A stretch of DNA of 64,000 bases from an uncultured delta proteobacterium (GCA_963696385.1 CAVOKF010000003.1:765896-829895); one strand, 5' to 3'; counted from the stretch's first letter, positions 51,357 through 60,255 are shown. Notes: generated from the sequence alone by a model not told the origin. Made by a program: numbers and translations.

Positions 51357-51440
51357 GGCCCCTTGGCGGAATCGGCATACGCAGCGGATTTAAAATCCGC
51401 AGCCCGTAAGGGCGTCCGGGTTCGAGCCCCGGAGGGGCCA
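51357..51440 (+). tRNA. tRNA-Leu (anticodon TAA)
   Basis: Acceptor GGCCCCT/AGGGGCC plus discriminator A; anticodon arm GCGGA-TTTAAAA-TCCGC; long variable arm GCCCGTAAGGGC; T-arm CCGGG-TTCGAGC-CCCGG. No CCA encoded after the discriminator. Confidence 0.95.
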
Positions 51441-51489
51441 CGTACTTTGTTGAATGATATCATCGACTTCGTCAAAATTGACCCACTTT

Positions 51490-51511
51490 GGGACGATTCC
51501 CGGGACGATTC
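51490..51511. repeat. Tandem 10-bp direct repeat GGGACGATTC; candidate integrase arm-type sites
   Basis: Copies at 51490-51499 and 51502-51511, about 50 bp inside the att junction. Confidence 0.55.
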
Positions 51512-53048
51512 GACCAGGTTTTTTGGCAGTTCCGGAAACACTTGGCCGAAGCCGTGAGTGAGGTTTTCCGCCTCTCTTAAGTCAGATTTGCGTCGTCGCG
51601 AAATCCGCGTGGCCGGCGCGCTGCATAATCTTGAGTGGCTCGTCGCCGCGCACGGCGCACCAGGTGATTCCGGTCGCTCGGAGATCGTGAAACGTCATCG
51701 CCTTTCGCGTCGGGTCCGTGATGAATAAATCCGCGCGGTTAACCCCTGCCCGCTTGAGATACATGCGGAGTTTGCGCGGCCCGCCGTCGCCCGGCAGACG
51801 CATCACTCGGCCCTGCCCTTCCGACTCGTCGTGCATCGCCTTGAGCATCGGCAAAAGTGCCGGCTCGATCGGGACGCGTCGGGCCACGGAACTCTTGGTG
51901 GGCTTGATGCCTTTGCCCCGACGGGCGTCGCGCGATCGGTGAATATGGATGATCCCGTGATCGAGATCGACGTCGGACCATTGCAGCGCGTCGATCTCGC
52001 CCGCACGCATGTACGTGTAGACGGCGAGAGCAAACAGGCGACGCCAGCGCAACGGCACGTCGGCACACCCGACGACGCGTTCGAGTTCGCTCGGCCAAAG
52101 GTACTGCTTGGCCTTTCTCGCACCGAGGTCAGGGCCCACCACACCCTCGGCCGGGTTGTCTTCGCGGATGCACAAGCGGACGTCCTTGGCGCTATGCGCG
52201 TCGCGGAATAGGGCCCGAACCACCGTCCACGCGTTGCACGCCGACTTCCAACCGAACGGCCGACGATGGCCCTGCTCGTCCACCGTCTCACCGTGCGCGG
52301 CCTTGGCGTCGAGCGCCATCACGAGCTGCTTGAGGTCGTCGCGACCGACGCTCCGCATCGGGGTCGACCCCACAATCGGAAGCACGTGCCGACGAAGAGT
52401 CGTGCGGTCGTCCTTCGCGCACCCCAATCCCCTGCCCTCCCGCCATTCGCACCACCGCTGGGCGTATTCGGTGACGGTTTCCTCGGGGGGCGTGGGGTCG
52501 ACTTGGTTCGGTGCCGTGCGGGGCTTCATGCCAAAGTCTTCGGCGCGCAGACCCTTCTTCCGCGCGAGCTGCGACCGCTCCGCGGCGACCTCGCGCGCCC
52601 TGGCTTCAGCCTTCGGAGAACGCGCCGTCGGCGTCAGGTTCACCCACGGCCGTGCTCCATCGTTGAGCGTCAGGCGCACGCGGTAGCAGCCCTTGCCTGA
52701 GTCGTACTGGATGGTGCCGATGCGATCTTTGGCCATCGCCTCTCCGTGTTTTTCCGTGAAGAGCGTGAACCGCGGTCCTTGGCGGATTGCCCACCGCACT
52801 CGCTATCGTAACGCAACCATCTCAATCCGCCCGCAGACGCGCACGACCCGCCCAAACGCCTGAGTCCGTACGCGATCACGCGCGAATGCCGCGCCGGCCC
52901 GTGCCATCGCGACCGGTTTCGATGAACTGCGCGATGCGGAAGCCTACGTCGGCAGAGGACGCGGATCCTCGACGACGAAGTCACCGTCTTTTGTCCGCCC
53001 GTGCCATGGGTCGACTCACGCATTGGGATTCACCCCGATTTCGGCGAC

Positions 53049-54383
53049 CTACGATCCGGCAGAAAGGCTGTCCTGACGTGCCCCGTTGCCATGGGCGAGA
53101 TCCAGGGCATCCGATCCCGGGTGAGGTCCCATTGGTTCGGACGGTTGCAGCAGTGCTTCCGGCAACGGCGGGAACACCTCGCCGAAGCCGCGCGCCAAGT
53201 TCTCGGCCTCGCGCAGGTAAATCTTGGTCGTCTCGAAATCGGAATGGCCAGCACGCTGCATAATCTTCAGCGGATCATCGCCCCGCACGGCGCACCACGT
53301 GATGCCCGTCGCCCGCAGATCGTGGAACATGATCGCCCTTCGGGTCTCGTCGGTCACGAACAGGTCGGCCCGACCGACGCCGGCACGCTTCAAATACATG
53401 CGAAGCTTGCGCGACCCGCCATCGCCCGGAAGGGGCAGGACCCGGCCCTTGCCACCGGACTCGGCATGCATCGCACGCAGCAGCGGCAAGAGGGCGGGCT
53501 CGATCGGGACCCGGCGCGCCGCGTTGCTCTTGGTGGTCTTCATGCCTTTGCCGCGGCGCGTGTCCATCGAACGGTGGATGTGCATCGTGTCGTGATCGAG
53601 ATCGAGGTCCGGCCATTGGATCGCGTCGATCTCGCCGGCCCGCATGTACGTGTAGACGGCGACAGCGAACAGGCGTCGCCAGCGGAGCGGCACCTCGGCG
53701 CAGCCGAGGACCCTCAAGAACTCGCTCGGCCAGAGGTAACCCTTGGCCTTTTTGCTGCCCCTATCGGGGCCCGCGACCCCGTCGGCGGGATTGTCGTCGC
53801 GAACGCACAGGGTGACGTCTTTGGCGACGCGCGCGTCGCGGAACATCGCCCGCACCACCACCCACGCGTTGCAGGCGCTCTTCCACCCAAAGGGCCGACG
53901 GCTGCCGTCCTCGGCGATCGTCTCGCCGCGCCTGGCTTTGGCGTCGAGCGCTCCAACGAGCCGCTTCAGATCGTCTCGGACGACCTCGCGCATCGCGAGC
54001 GCCCCGAGAATCGGAAGCACGTGTCGACGCAGAATGGTGCGGTCGGTCTTGACGCACCCGAATGCCCTGCTCGCACGCCACTCGCACCACCTTTGCGCGT
54101 ACTGCGCAACGGTCTCCACCACGGTCTGGCCCGTGAGCGCCGGATCGGGGGGCTTCGGCGGCGGTCGAAGCTTCAGGCCGAAGTCCTCGGCGATGAGATT
54201 CTTGTCTCCGGCGATTCGGGACCGATCCGCCGCCACCACGCGCGCCTTCGCCTCCGCCATGGCCGAAGGCCCGCTCGGTGGGAGGTCGAACCACGGACGC
54301 GAGCCATCGTTCAGCGTCAGCCGCACGCGGTAGCAACCCCTCTTGACGTCGTATTTGACGGTCCCTCTACGTTCACGAGCCAT
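53049..54383 (-). CDS. Tyrosine recombinase/integrase copy 2 (intact)
   Basis: Full R-K-HxxR-H-Y set: YMRAGEI, TKS, FHDLR, AGH, TKIY; GGAGGG RBS before ATG 54383. Confidence 0.93.
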   Translation of the reverse strand: MARERRGTVKYDVKRGCYRVRLTLNDGSRPWFDLPPSGPSAMAEAKARVVAADRSRIAGDKNLIAEDFGLKLRPPPKPPDPALTGQTVVETVAQYAQRWCEWRASRAFGCVKTDRTILRRHVLPILGALAMREVVRDDLKRLVGALDAKARRGETIAEDGSRRPFGWKSACNAWVVVRAMFRDARVAKDVTLCVRDDNPADGVAGPDRGSKKAKGYLWPSEFLRVLGCAEVPLRWRRLFAVAVYTYMRAGEIDAIQWPDLDLDHDTMHIHRSMDTRRGKGMKTTKSNAARRVPIEPALLPLLRAMHAESGGKGRVLPLPGDGGSRKLRMYLKRAGVGRADLFVTDETRRAIMFHDLRATGITWCAVRGDDPLKIMQRAGHSDFETTKIYLREAENLARGFGEVFPPLPEALLQPSEPMGPHPGSDALDLAHGNGARQDSLSAGS

Positions 54384-54692
54384 CGTCCACCCTCCGCGCG
54401 CGCCAAGAGACCGAGTCGAGCAGGCCCAGCCCTCGGTGGACGAAGCTCTCTTCGGCCTCGCGGCGACGGGGCGCCGGTGAGTCCCCGTCGCGCACCGTCG
54501 CGGTCGCAACGGCCGCGCGACGCCCATTCGCGGCGTGGCACGCGAGTCCATCGGCCCGGTCCAATGCCCGATTCGAGCTGCGCGCCCGCGATCGGGAGCG
54601 ACACCCCGGAGATGTGAACCGTCCGGTCGTCGAGCCGATGGCGTGCTTCGGTGGATCCCTCGAGCCGTCTGCCCGACTTCCACTCGCGATCT

Positions 54693-55061
54693 TCATCCGC
54701 CATGACCCCTCCTCTCGGCATGCTGCAGCGCGCTCTCGAAGCCGTCGGTGGACAAACCCGCGCGCGCTACGCTGGCGGCCTCTTCGGGCACGAGACAGAC
54801 CGGGTGGGATTCGACCAGAGCCTGCACATCGCGGCGCCGATACATGACGACCCGGCCCGGTTTGAACGCCTGGAGCCGCCCTGCCCGCTCGGCCCGAAGC
54901 AAGACCTTGCGCTCGATGCCTATCCGAGCCGCTTCGGAACGAGACACGAAGCCTTCGGAGACCGGCGTCTCGGCAGCCCTTGGGACGTCCTTCAAGCGGG
55001 CGGCTAGGGCGTCTGCAAGGGCGGCGACACTGTCGTGCGAAAGCTCAATCGTCACTTTCAT
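54693..55061 (-). CDS. Excisionase-like HTH DNA-binding protein
   Basis: SRSEAARIGIERKVLLRAERAGRLQAFKPGRVVMYRRRDV resembles HTH_17/Xis; lies upstream of the integrase. Confidence 0.7.
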   Translation of the reverse strand: MKVTIELSHDSVAALADALAARLKDVPRAAETPVSEGFVSRSEAARIGIERKVLLRAERAGRLQAFKPGRVVMYRRRDVQALVESHPVCLVPEEAASVARAGLSTDGFESALQHAERRGHGG

Positions 55062-55118
55062 GATGTCCCCCGACTCCGCGGACCGTCACCGGCCAGCCAC
55101 CGCAATCGCCAAAAATGA

Positions 55119-55280
55119 AAAATCGGACACCCCAAATCGATTGACGAAAATGACAGAACTAGGCGCGCCTTCGCCGCGGCCTCTTCAACGGGTTGAGTTC
55201 GGGTCCTTGGGCTGGGGCGAACTGTCCCGCGGTCCAAAATCGGCCACCCCGAATCGATTGACGAAAATGACGAAAATAGG
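55119..55280. repeat. Two 45-bp A-rich imperfect direct repeats; candidate replication origin
   Basis: AAAATCGGACACCCCAAATCGATTGACGAAAATGACAGAACTAGG (55119-55163) and AAAATCGGCCACCCCGAATCGATTGACGAAAATGACGAAAATAGG (55236-55280). Confidence 0.75.
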
Positions 55281-55293
55281 TCGGTCATGGGCG

Positions 55294-56859
55294 TCACTGC
55301 CTCGCGCGGGGGTTGATCTCGAAATGGGGAGCGGAAGGGCGACCGGGGCGACGTGGCCGGACGTCGTGCGTCTCCCGCAAGAGAGAGCGCTCCACGAGCA
55401 CGGCAATGGCGGCATCCAGATCGGTCGCACGCTGAACGCGGCCTTGCAGGGCGCGGTGCATCGTGTGGCGCGTGATGCGCCCGGCGTCCCAACGCCGGCA
55501 CCATGCCCAAATGTACTTGGCGAGCGTCGTCACCGGATCGGCGCCCATCAAACCGAAGGCCACCTGCGCGTGCTCGATGGCGTACCGACCGATGGCGAGC
55601 GCCCGTTCGACCGCTCCGATCTCGATGGGCACCCCGAGAGCGCTCCCGGCGTGGTCGCCGACGTGCAAGATCCCGGCAAGACGAGCGACGAGACCGGGCA
55701 GCTTGTTGCCCCAGTCGGCCATCGTCTGCAGATCGCCGCCGGGCCCGAGCCGTGGCTCAATCTCCGCTTTGAACGCAATCAAACTGCGGCGCGCAGCGTC
55801 GGTGAGCGGAATCGGCCGCGCGATCAGTTCCCCCTGATCGTCGAAAGCCTCGGCGATCTCGGCGATTGCGCGCACGGCGCGCCCGTACTCGGATCGGGCA
55901 GCGTCCGTGACCGGTGCGGGGTCCGCCTGCCGACCGCCCACCCTCGATCGCGGCAAGGAATACAGAAATCGTGACAGAAGCCCGAGGGTGCGAAACGCCG
56001 GCGTCGAGGCGAGTCCCGCGATGACCGACGGTTGAACGGTGAGCCCGATCGTGAGCAGCGGCGCCGCCAAGTGAAGGCTCGGCCGCCCGATGCGATCGAG
56101 ATCGTAGGCGTCGCCCGAGTGCGCCTTGCAGAAGAGCTCACAATTGACCCGTCCGTCCGAGTAGCGCCCCGCGAGAATGGCGAAGGGCCCTCCCTCGGAG
56201 GAGAACACCCCCAAGCGACCGTGCTGTTCGGAGAGCAGCCGGCCCACCGCTTCCGGCGTCGCGTCGTCGGCCACCAACCGAGGCTCGGCCGGCGCCCGGT
56301 GCGCGACGCGATCGACCGCCAGCGCGCGCAGCTCATCCTCGAGCAGCCGGCGCTCGATGTCGCCGGATTTCGCCGCACGCTTACGCAAGCTGCGCGTCCG
56401 CTCCTCGTGCATGCGATCGCACTCTTCGGCGTCCGCCACCTGCGGAGCGACGCGGGCGCGCAGATCCCGCTCCCACTCCCGCAGCGGAGCCGTCGCCGCG
56501 GCGAAGATCGGCGACTTGCCCTCGCCGGGAGCGAGAGCCACGGCGACGTAGAGATTGGTCGGTTCGTGCCATCCCGGCTTGATCTCGACGGCGATCTTCT
56601 TCGCGATCGTAAACGACAGGACCGCGAGCCCGAGAAGCGCCGGCAAATCGGCCGGGGCTTGTACGGCACGGGCTTGTTCGGCCGCCCAGACGCCGAGCCA
56701 CGGCGGCAGCGCCTCGAGCGGAAAGTCGGGCGCGTCGATGTCGTTAAACGGGATGGGCTCGTCCCACGGATCGTCCGAGTGCATCGGCACCGCGTCGTCT
56801 TCGGGGTCCACCGGCAGCTGCCCGGCGCGCAAGCAATCGTTTTCGTCTTTGGTGCTCAT
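55294..56859 (-). CDS. YfjI/DUF3987 family P-loop protein (putative replicative helicase)
   Basis: FPLEALP, EPTNLY...PGEGKS (Walker A), DATPEA, SSEG, DRIGR, QP, GLLSRFLY; winged-helix-like C-terminus. Confidence 0.85.
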   Translation of the reverse strand: MSTKDENDCLRAGQLPVDPEDDAVPMHSDDPWDEPIPFNDIDAPDFPLEALPPWLGVWAAEQARAVQAPADLPALLGLAVLSFTIAKKIAVEIKPGWHEPTNLYVAVALAPGEGKSPIFAAATAPLREWERDLRARVAPQVADAEECDRMHEERTRSLRKRAAKSGDIERRLLEDELRALAVDRVAHRAPAEPRLVADDATPEAVGRLLSEQHGRLGVFSSEGGPFAILAGRYSDGRVNCELFCKAHSGDAYDLDRIGRPSLHLAAPLLTIGLTVQPSVIAGLASTPAFRTLGLLSRFLYSLPRSRVGGRQADPAPVTDAARSEYGRAVRAIAEIAEAFDDQGELIARPIPLTDAARRSLIAFKAEIEPRLGPGGDLQTMADWGNKLPGLVARLAGILHVGDHAGSALGVPIEIGAVERALAIGRYAIEHAQVAFGLMGADPVTTLAKYIWAWCRRWDAGRITRHTMHRALQGRVQRATDLDAAIAVLVERSLLRETHDVRPRRPGRPSAPHFEINPRARQ

Positions 56860-57590
56860 GTGGGCCTCGATCGATGAACCGCCGCGCGTCCTTCGAGAGA
56901 TCGCCGAATGGCTTCGGCAATCGCATCCCCGCCCGCATCGTGGTGCGTGCGGACCACCACCCGGGCGCCTTGAGGAATGCGTCGGGCAAAATCGTCGGAC
57001 CAAGCCCCGGAAAAAACGCCGAGGACAATCGGTACCGATTCGGCGGCGTCGGAGCTGCGCGTCGCCCACGTGAGAAAATCAGGCTCGCCCTCGACGATGA
57101 CGACGCGAGGATGCGGCTCGCCACCTCTCCCCTCCCAACCGCCCGAAAGCAGGGTGACGCCCTGCGCGCACGCAAGAATAAGATGCCGCGACGCATAGCC
57201 TGCTGGGGACACACGCTTCGGATCGTCCGTCTCGCGAACGCACCACGCACGCACGCTTCGCATTCGACCGAGCGCGTCGTACGCCGGCACGATCAAGCGG
57301 TGACCCGACTCGATCCACGAGACGCGACTCGGGCGGACGCCGCGAAGCGAAGCCCACACCGGAACCGGCACCGTCACCGGCAGAGCCCGCGCCAAGTGGA
57401 AGTCGTCGACCCACGCGGGTCGGATGCCGCACTTGTCGAGGAGGGCTGACACCTCGATATCGACGCTGCACGGGACGCAGATCCGCCGGAGCTCCGCGAG
57501 CTCCATGGGCGGCGGAACCGTCGCGGGTGCGACGGGCTCATAGAGACGACGTCCGGTACGACGAGGGGAAACGTTCTGAGCGCTGATCAT
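56856..57590 (-). CDS. Toprim-domain primase-like protein
   Basis: LIVPAYDALG, VVIVEGEPDFL, HHDAGG; stop overlaps the DUF3987 ATG. Start uncertain. Confidence 0.7.
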   Translation of the reverse strand: MISAQNVSPRRTGRRLYEPVAPATVPPPMELAELRRICVPCSVDIEVSALLDKCGIRPAWVDDFHLARALPVTVPVPVWASLRGVRPSRVSWIESGHRLIVPAYDALGRMRSVRAWCVRETDDPKRVSPAGYASRHLILACAQGVTLLSGGWEGRGGEPHPRVVIVEGEPDFLTWATRSSDAAESVPIVLGVFSGAWSDDFARRIPQGARVVVRTHHDAGGDAIAEAIRRSLEGRAAVHRSRPT

Positions 57591-57658
57591 GAGTGGACTC
57601 CGGCGGTGGCGTGGCCGCGAGCGGACGACTCGCGGGACAGAGTGATGGGCAGTCCCGC

Positions 57659-58249
57659 TCAACCGGGCGGCGGGTGACGGGAAGAGGACCTTCCCGCGTG
57701 TGGCATCGCGACTTCGGTCACGGTCGAAAAAGCTGAGCTGGGCGTGGGTCCGAAGCCGGCGCAGTCATGTCCTCTTGGCAAGGGCGCAGAGCGTGCCGTC
57801 GGCGGATCCGTGAGCGGGTGGGTCCGGCCCAGCGAAAAGGAGAGCAGCGAAGGCAAGATCTTGTGCCGAGGCAGACGACCCGCGAGAGCGACGCCGACCC
57901 GCACATAGAATCCGTCCGGCAGACCGCAGGGGTCGTGGCGGTTCTTGAGGAGAACCGCAAACATGCCGCGAACGAGCCGAACGCGCCCCGCCGTGTGCAC
58001 CTCGAAGAGCAAATGCACGCGCGGGTGCACGCCGGGCAGACTCGCCGCGAGCCGGTCGTCGACCTCCAGCGTGCGGAAGACGAAGAGCCGGGTTCGGCGG
58101 CGATGCCGAATGCGATAGGCGACGATCTCGCCTGCCGCGAACAGAGCCACCGGCCCGAGGGTGCCCGCGACGGTTCTGCGAGGCGCGCCGTACAGAAGCT
58201 CGCTTCGGAGCCCGTCCCCTGCCCTGCGCAATTGCACGGCAGTGTTCAT
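57659..58249 (-). CDS. Hypothetical protein, remotely DUF2840-like
   Basis: ATGA-coupled to the upstream gene. LPGVHP..LLF...RV...DP...DGFY pattern recalls DUF2840 of Tn4371-type ICEs (from memory). Confidence 0.5.
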   Translation of the reverse strand: MNTAVQLRRAGDGLRSELLYGAPRRTVAGTLGPVALFAAGEIVAYRIRHRRRTRLFVFRTLEVDDRLAASLPGVHPRVHLLFEVHTAGRVRLVRGMFAVLLKNRHDPCGLPDGFYVRVGVALAGRLPRHKILPSLLSFSLGRTHPLTDPPTARSAPLPRGHDCAGFGPTPSSAFSTVTEVAMPHAGRSSSRHPPPG

Positions 58250-58881
58250 CGGCCGCGCTCCGGGCTGCGGCCGCGAACGCCTCGGGGCATTTCGGTCGCG
58301 GCGATGGGATTTGGCGTCCCGTCGTAGCGACGCCGGCGGGGCTCGCGTCGGCGGTTCGCTCGGCCAACCTCGTGGGCGACGTCGCGATGGCCAGACCACC
58401 CGTCGGCCGATCGCCGGTCTTCGCGGGGCCGATCGAGGACGGCCCGGATTGGGGCCACGTCGCTTGGACGAGCCATGGGGCCGTCGAAGTCGAGAGGAAG
58501 GCCCCACTGCCGATACTCACGCAGGCGATCCCGAACCCGCTCGAGGGGAACCGGGTCGCGGCGAGCGGCACGGTCGCGATGCAGGACGAAATCCACGATC
58601 GATCCCTTGTCGCTCGTGGCGGCAATGCACTCGCGCAAACGCTCGGTCGCGTGATCCGAAGTCTCGCCTTTCGGCCCCGGGTCGTGGGCGTTGGCGGAGG
58701 CGTAGAGCCAGTAACCGCTCTTGGTTCGTGTGACGACGATCCGGTCCCCACTCGGGTGTTCGAGAAAGAGAAAGCCGTCGCCCTTGCCGGGGCACGGTCG
58801 GTAACCGGTCGTCATCGCGTATGCGACAAGGTTGATCGTTCGTTTGAAGTGTTCGATTTCGGGGTCGTGCCGAATGGTCAT
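58246..58881 (-). CDS. Paralog of the N-terminal domain of the adjacent Toprim protein, without Toprim
   Basis: FKRTINLVAYA / DRIVV..SGYWLY / DKGSIVDFV align with FKSDIDLVQYA / DKIVV..DGHWTY / DHGTIVDFV. Confidence 0.7.
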   Translation of the reverse strand: MTIRHDPEIEHFKRTINLVAYAMTTGYRPCPGKGDGFLFLEHPSGDRIVVTRTKSGYWLYASANAHDPGPKGETSDHATERLRECIAATSDKGSIVDFVLHRDRAARRDPVPLERVRDRLREYRQWGLPLDFDGPMARPSDVAPIRAVLDRPREDRRSADGWSGHRDVAHEVGRANRRREPRRRRYDGTPNPIAATEMPRGVRGRSPERGR

Positions 58882-58941
58882 GATGGGCTCCGGTGTGAAA
58901 ATGGGACTCGGGCAAGATGGAAATGGGTGCGACAGCGGCTT

Positions 58942-59940
58942 TCATCGGCCGCGGTCGAGGGTCGATCGCGACAACTCGCGCACCGGGAGCGCGCGGATGT
59001 ATTCGCGCTCGACCTGTTGAAGAACGTCGTTCCAGTCTTTCGCCGGCGACGGCGAATGGCGCTCAAATGCGAGGGGTGAGCGGCAACGGGCGAGCTCTTC
59101 GATCCGACTCGCGAGCTTCACCCCCGCGTCATCGGAATCGACGGCCGCCACGACGCGGCTGCCCGACGGCAATTGGGCGAACAGGCGGTCGAGAATCTCC
59201 ATCTGACGGGTACTCGGCGCACCGCCCGTGCTGAGAAAGCGCGAGCGGTCCCCCTGCCCCGAATGGATCTGGAAGTAGCTCAGCGCATCGATGGCGCTCT
59301 CGGTGAGGACGATCGCGGCGTCGGTGGGACGAGCCGCGCTCCGCCAGGCGCTCTTGGTGCCCCCGGTCGCAAATCCGGTAAAGCCCCGGTTCTTGATCTC
59401 GAAGCCCGTGACGGCGCCTGCGTCGGTCGTGTGAACGAAGAGGGTATTGCCCCGACCGTCCAGTCCCCACGTCCCCGCAAAGCGCGGATGCCGAAGGGTC
59501 TCGGGACGAATGCCTCGTGTATTGAGGTACGGACTATTGTTCGCACCGCTCGCGGCGGCGAAGGTCTCCGCCACCGCCCGACCGTCACGGGGCGCCGCTG
59601 AAGCCGCTGCCACGAAGGACACGCCGTAATCGACGATCGGGCGGGCGATGCCGAGCCATTGGCGCAGCTCCTCTCGGACGTCACCGAGCGAGCTATGCCG
59701 TCCGCGCGCCTTGACGAAGTCGACGATCGTGCCGTGATCGCGATCGTCGCGGATCGAGAAATACGTCCAATGGCCGTCGGAAGCCTTGCGGACGACGATC
59801 TTGTCGTTGGTGGCAGAGTGACGCAGTACGTGACTCGCACGGCTGCTCTCGCGCCGGTCACGCTGGTACCCGTAGCGATCGATCGCGTACTGGACCAAAT
59901 CGATGTCGCTCTTGAATTGATGCAGTTCGAAGTCGTGCAT
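58942..59940 (-). CDS. DUF3991/Toprim-domain primase-like protein
   Basis: YLNTRGI, GFEIKNRGF, LTESAIDALSY, STGG, AVDSDDAG, KDWND. Confidence 0.85.
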   Translation of the reverse strand: MHDFELHQFKSDIDLVQYAIDRYGYQRDRRESSRASHVLRHSATNDKIVVRKASDGHWTYFSIRDDRDHGTIVDFVKARGRHSSLGDVREELRQWLGIARPIVDYGVSFVAAASAAPRDGRAVAETFAAASGANNSPYLNTRGIRPETLRHPRFAGTWGLDGRGNTLFVHTTDAGAVTGFEIKNRGFTGFATGGTKSAWRSAARPTDAAIVLTESAIDALSYFQIHSGQGDRSRFLSTGGAPSTRQMEILDRLFAQLPSGSRVVAAVDSDDAGVKLASRIEELARCRSPLAFERHSPSPAKDWNDVLQQVEREYIRALPVRELSRSTLDRGR

Positions 59941-60045
59941 GGGCGTTCTCGCACTGGAGCAAAACTTTTGGGCCGTGAAGGGCGTCGCCGCGGGCGCGAG
60001 CGTGTGGCTCGGCTCACGCCCGCGGCGCCGGTTGGGATCGCGGCG

Positions 60046-60255
60046 CTATTCGGTTTGCGCCGTCGCCATGGCGTCCATCTCGCGCATCTCGATGGCGGTC
60101 TCGGCGAGACGCATGGGCAGGTAATCGAATCGGAGATCGAACGATCCGTCGTCGTTCTGGACGGCGACTCCGATGCGGGTCCACTCGGTGGTCGGGCTAT
60201 CGGCGGTGGGGTCTTGCACCGCGCCAAGCAACTGCATTTTTTTCTTTTCACTCAT
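60046..60255 (-). CDS. Small conserved mobile-element protein (WTRIGVA..N.DGS..L..D.LP type)
   Basis: MSEKKKMQLLGAVQDPTADSPTTEWTRIGVAVQNDDGSFDLRFDYLP...; GAGGAG RBS upstream. Confidence 0.7.
   Translation of the reverse strand: MSEKKKMQLLGAVQDPTADSPTTEWTRIGVAVQNDDGSFDLRFDYLPMRLAETAIEMREMDAMATAQTE

Larger units (their letters stand above)
51281..52736 (-). pseudogene. Tyrosine recombinase/integrase copy 1, frameshifted at the catalytic Tyr codon
   Basis: YMRAGEI, TKS, FHDLRATG, AGH present. Frame stops at ATC TGA (51582); removing one G (TGAC->TAC) restores IYLREAENL...GFGQVFP, matching the paralog, and the frame stays open to TAG at 51281. Confidence 0.8.

Noticed and set aside
51281..51541. 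86-aa ORF overlapping the tRNA as an independent gene
   Set aside because: It is the out-of-frame C-terminal continuation of integrase copy 1.
52737..53048. Second att site or tRNA fragment between the two integrases
   Set aside because: No match to the tRNA-Leu 3' end (TTCGAGCCCCGGAGGGGCCA) was seen.
54463..54522. Two GC-rich hairpins upstream of integrase copy 2 as an ncRNA
   Set aside because: Short stems are expected by chance at this GC content; no recognisable family and no counterpart upstream of copy 1.
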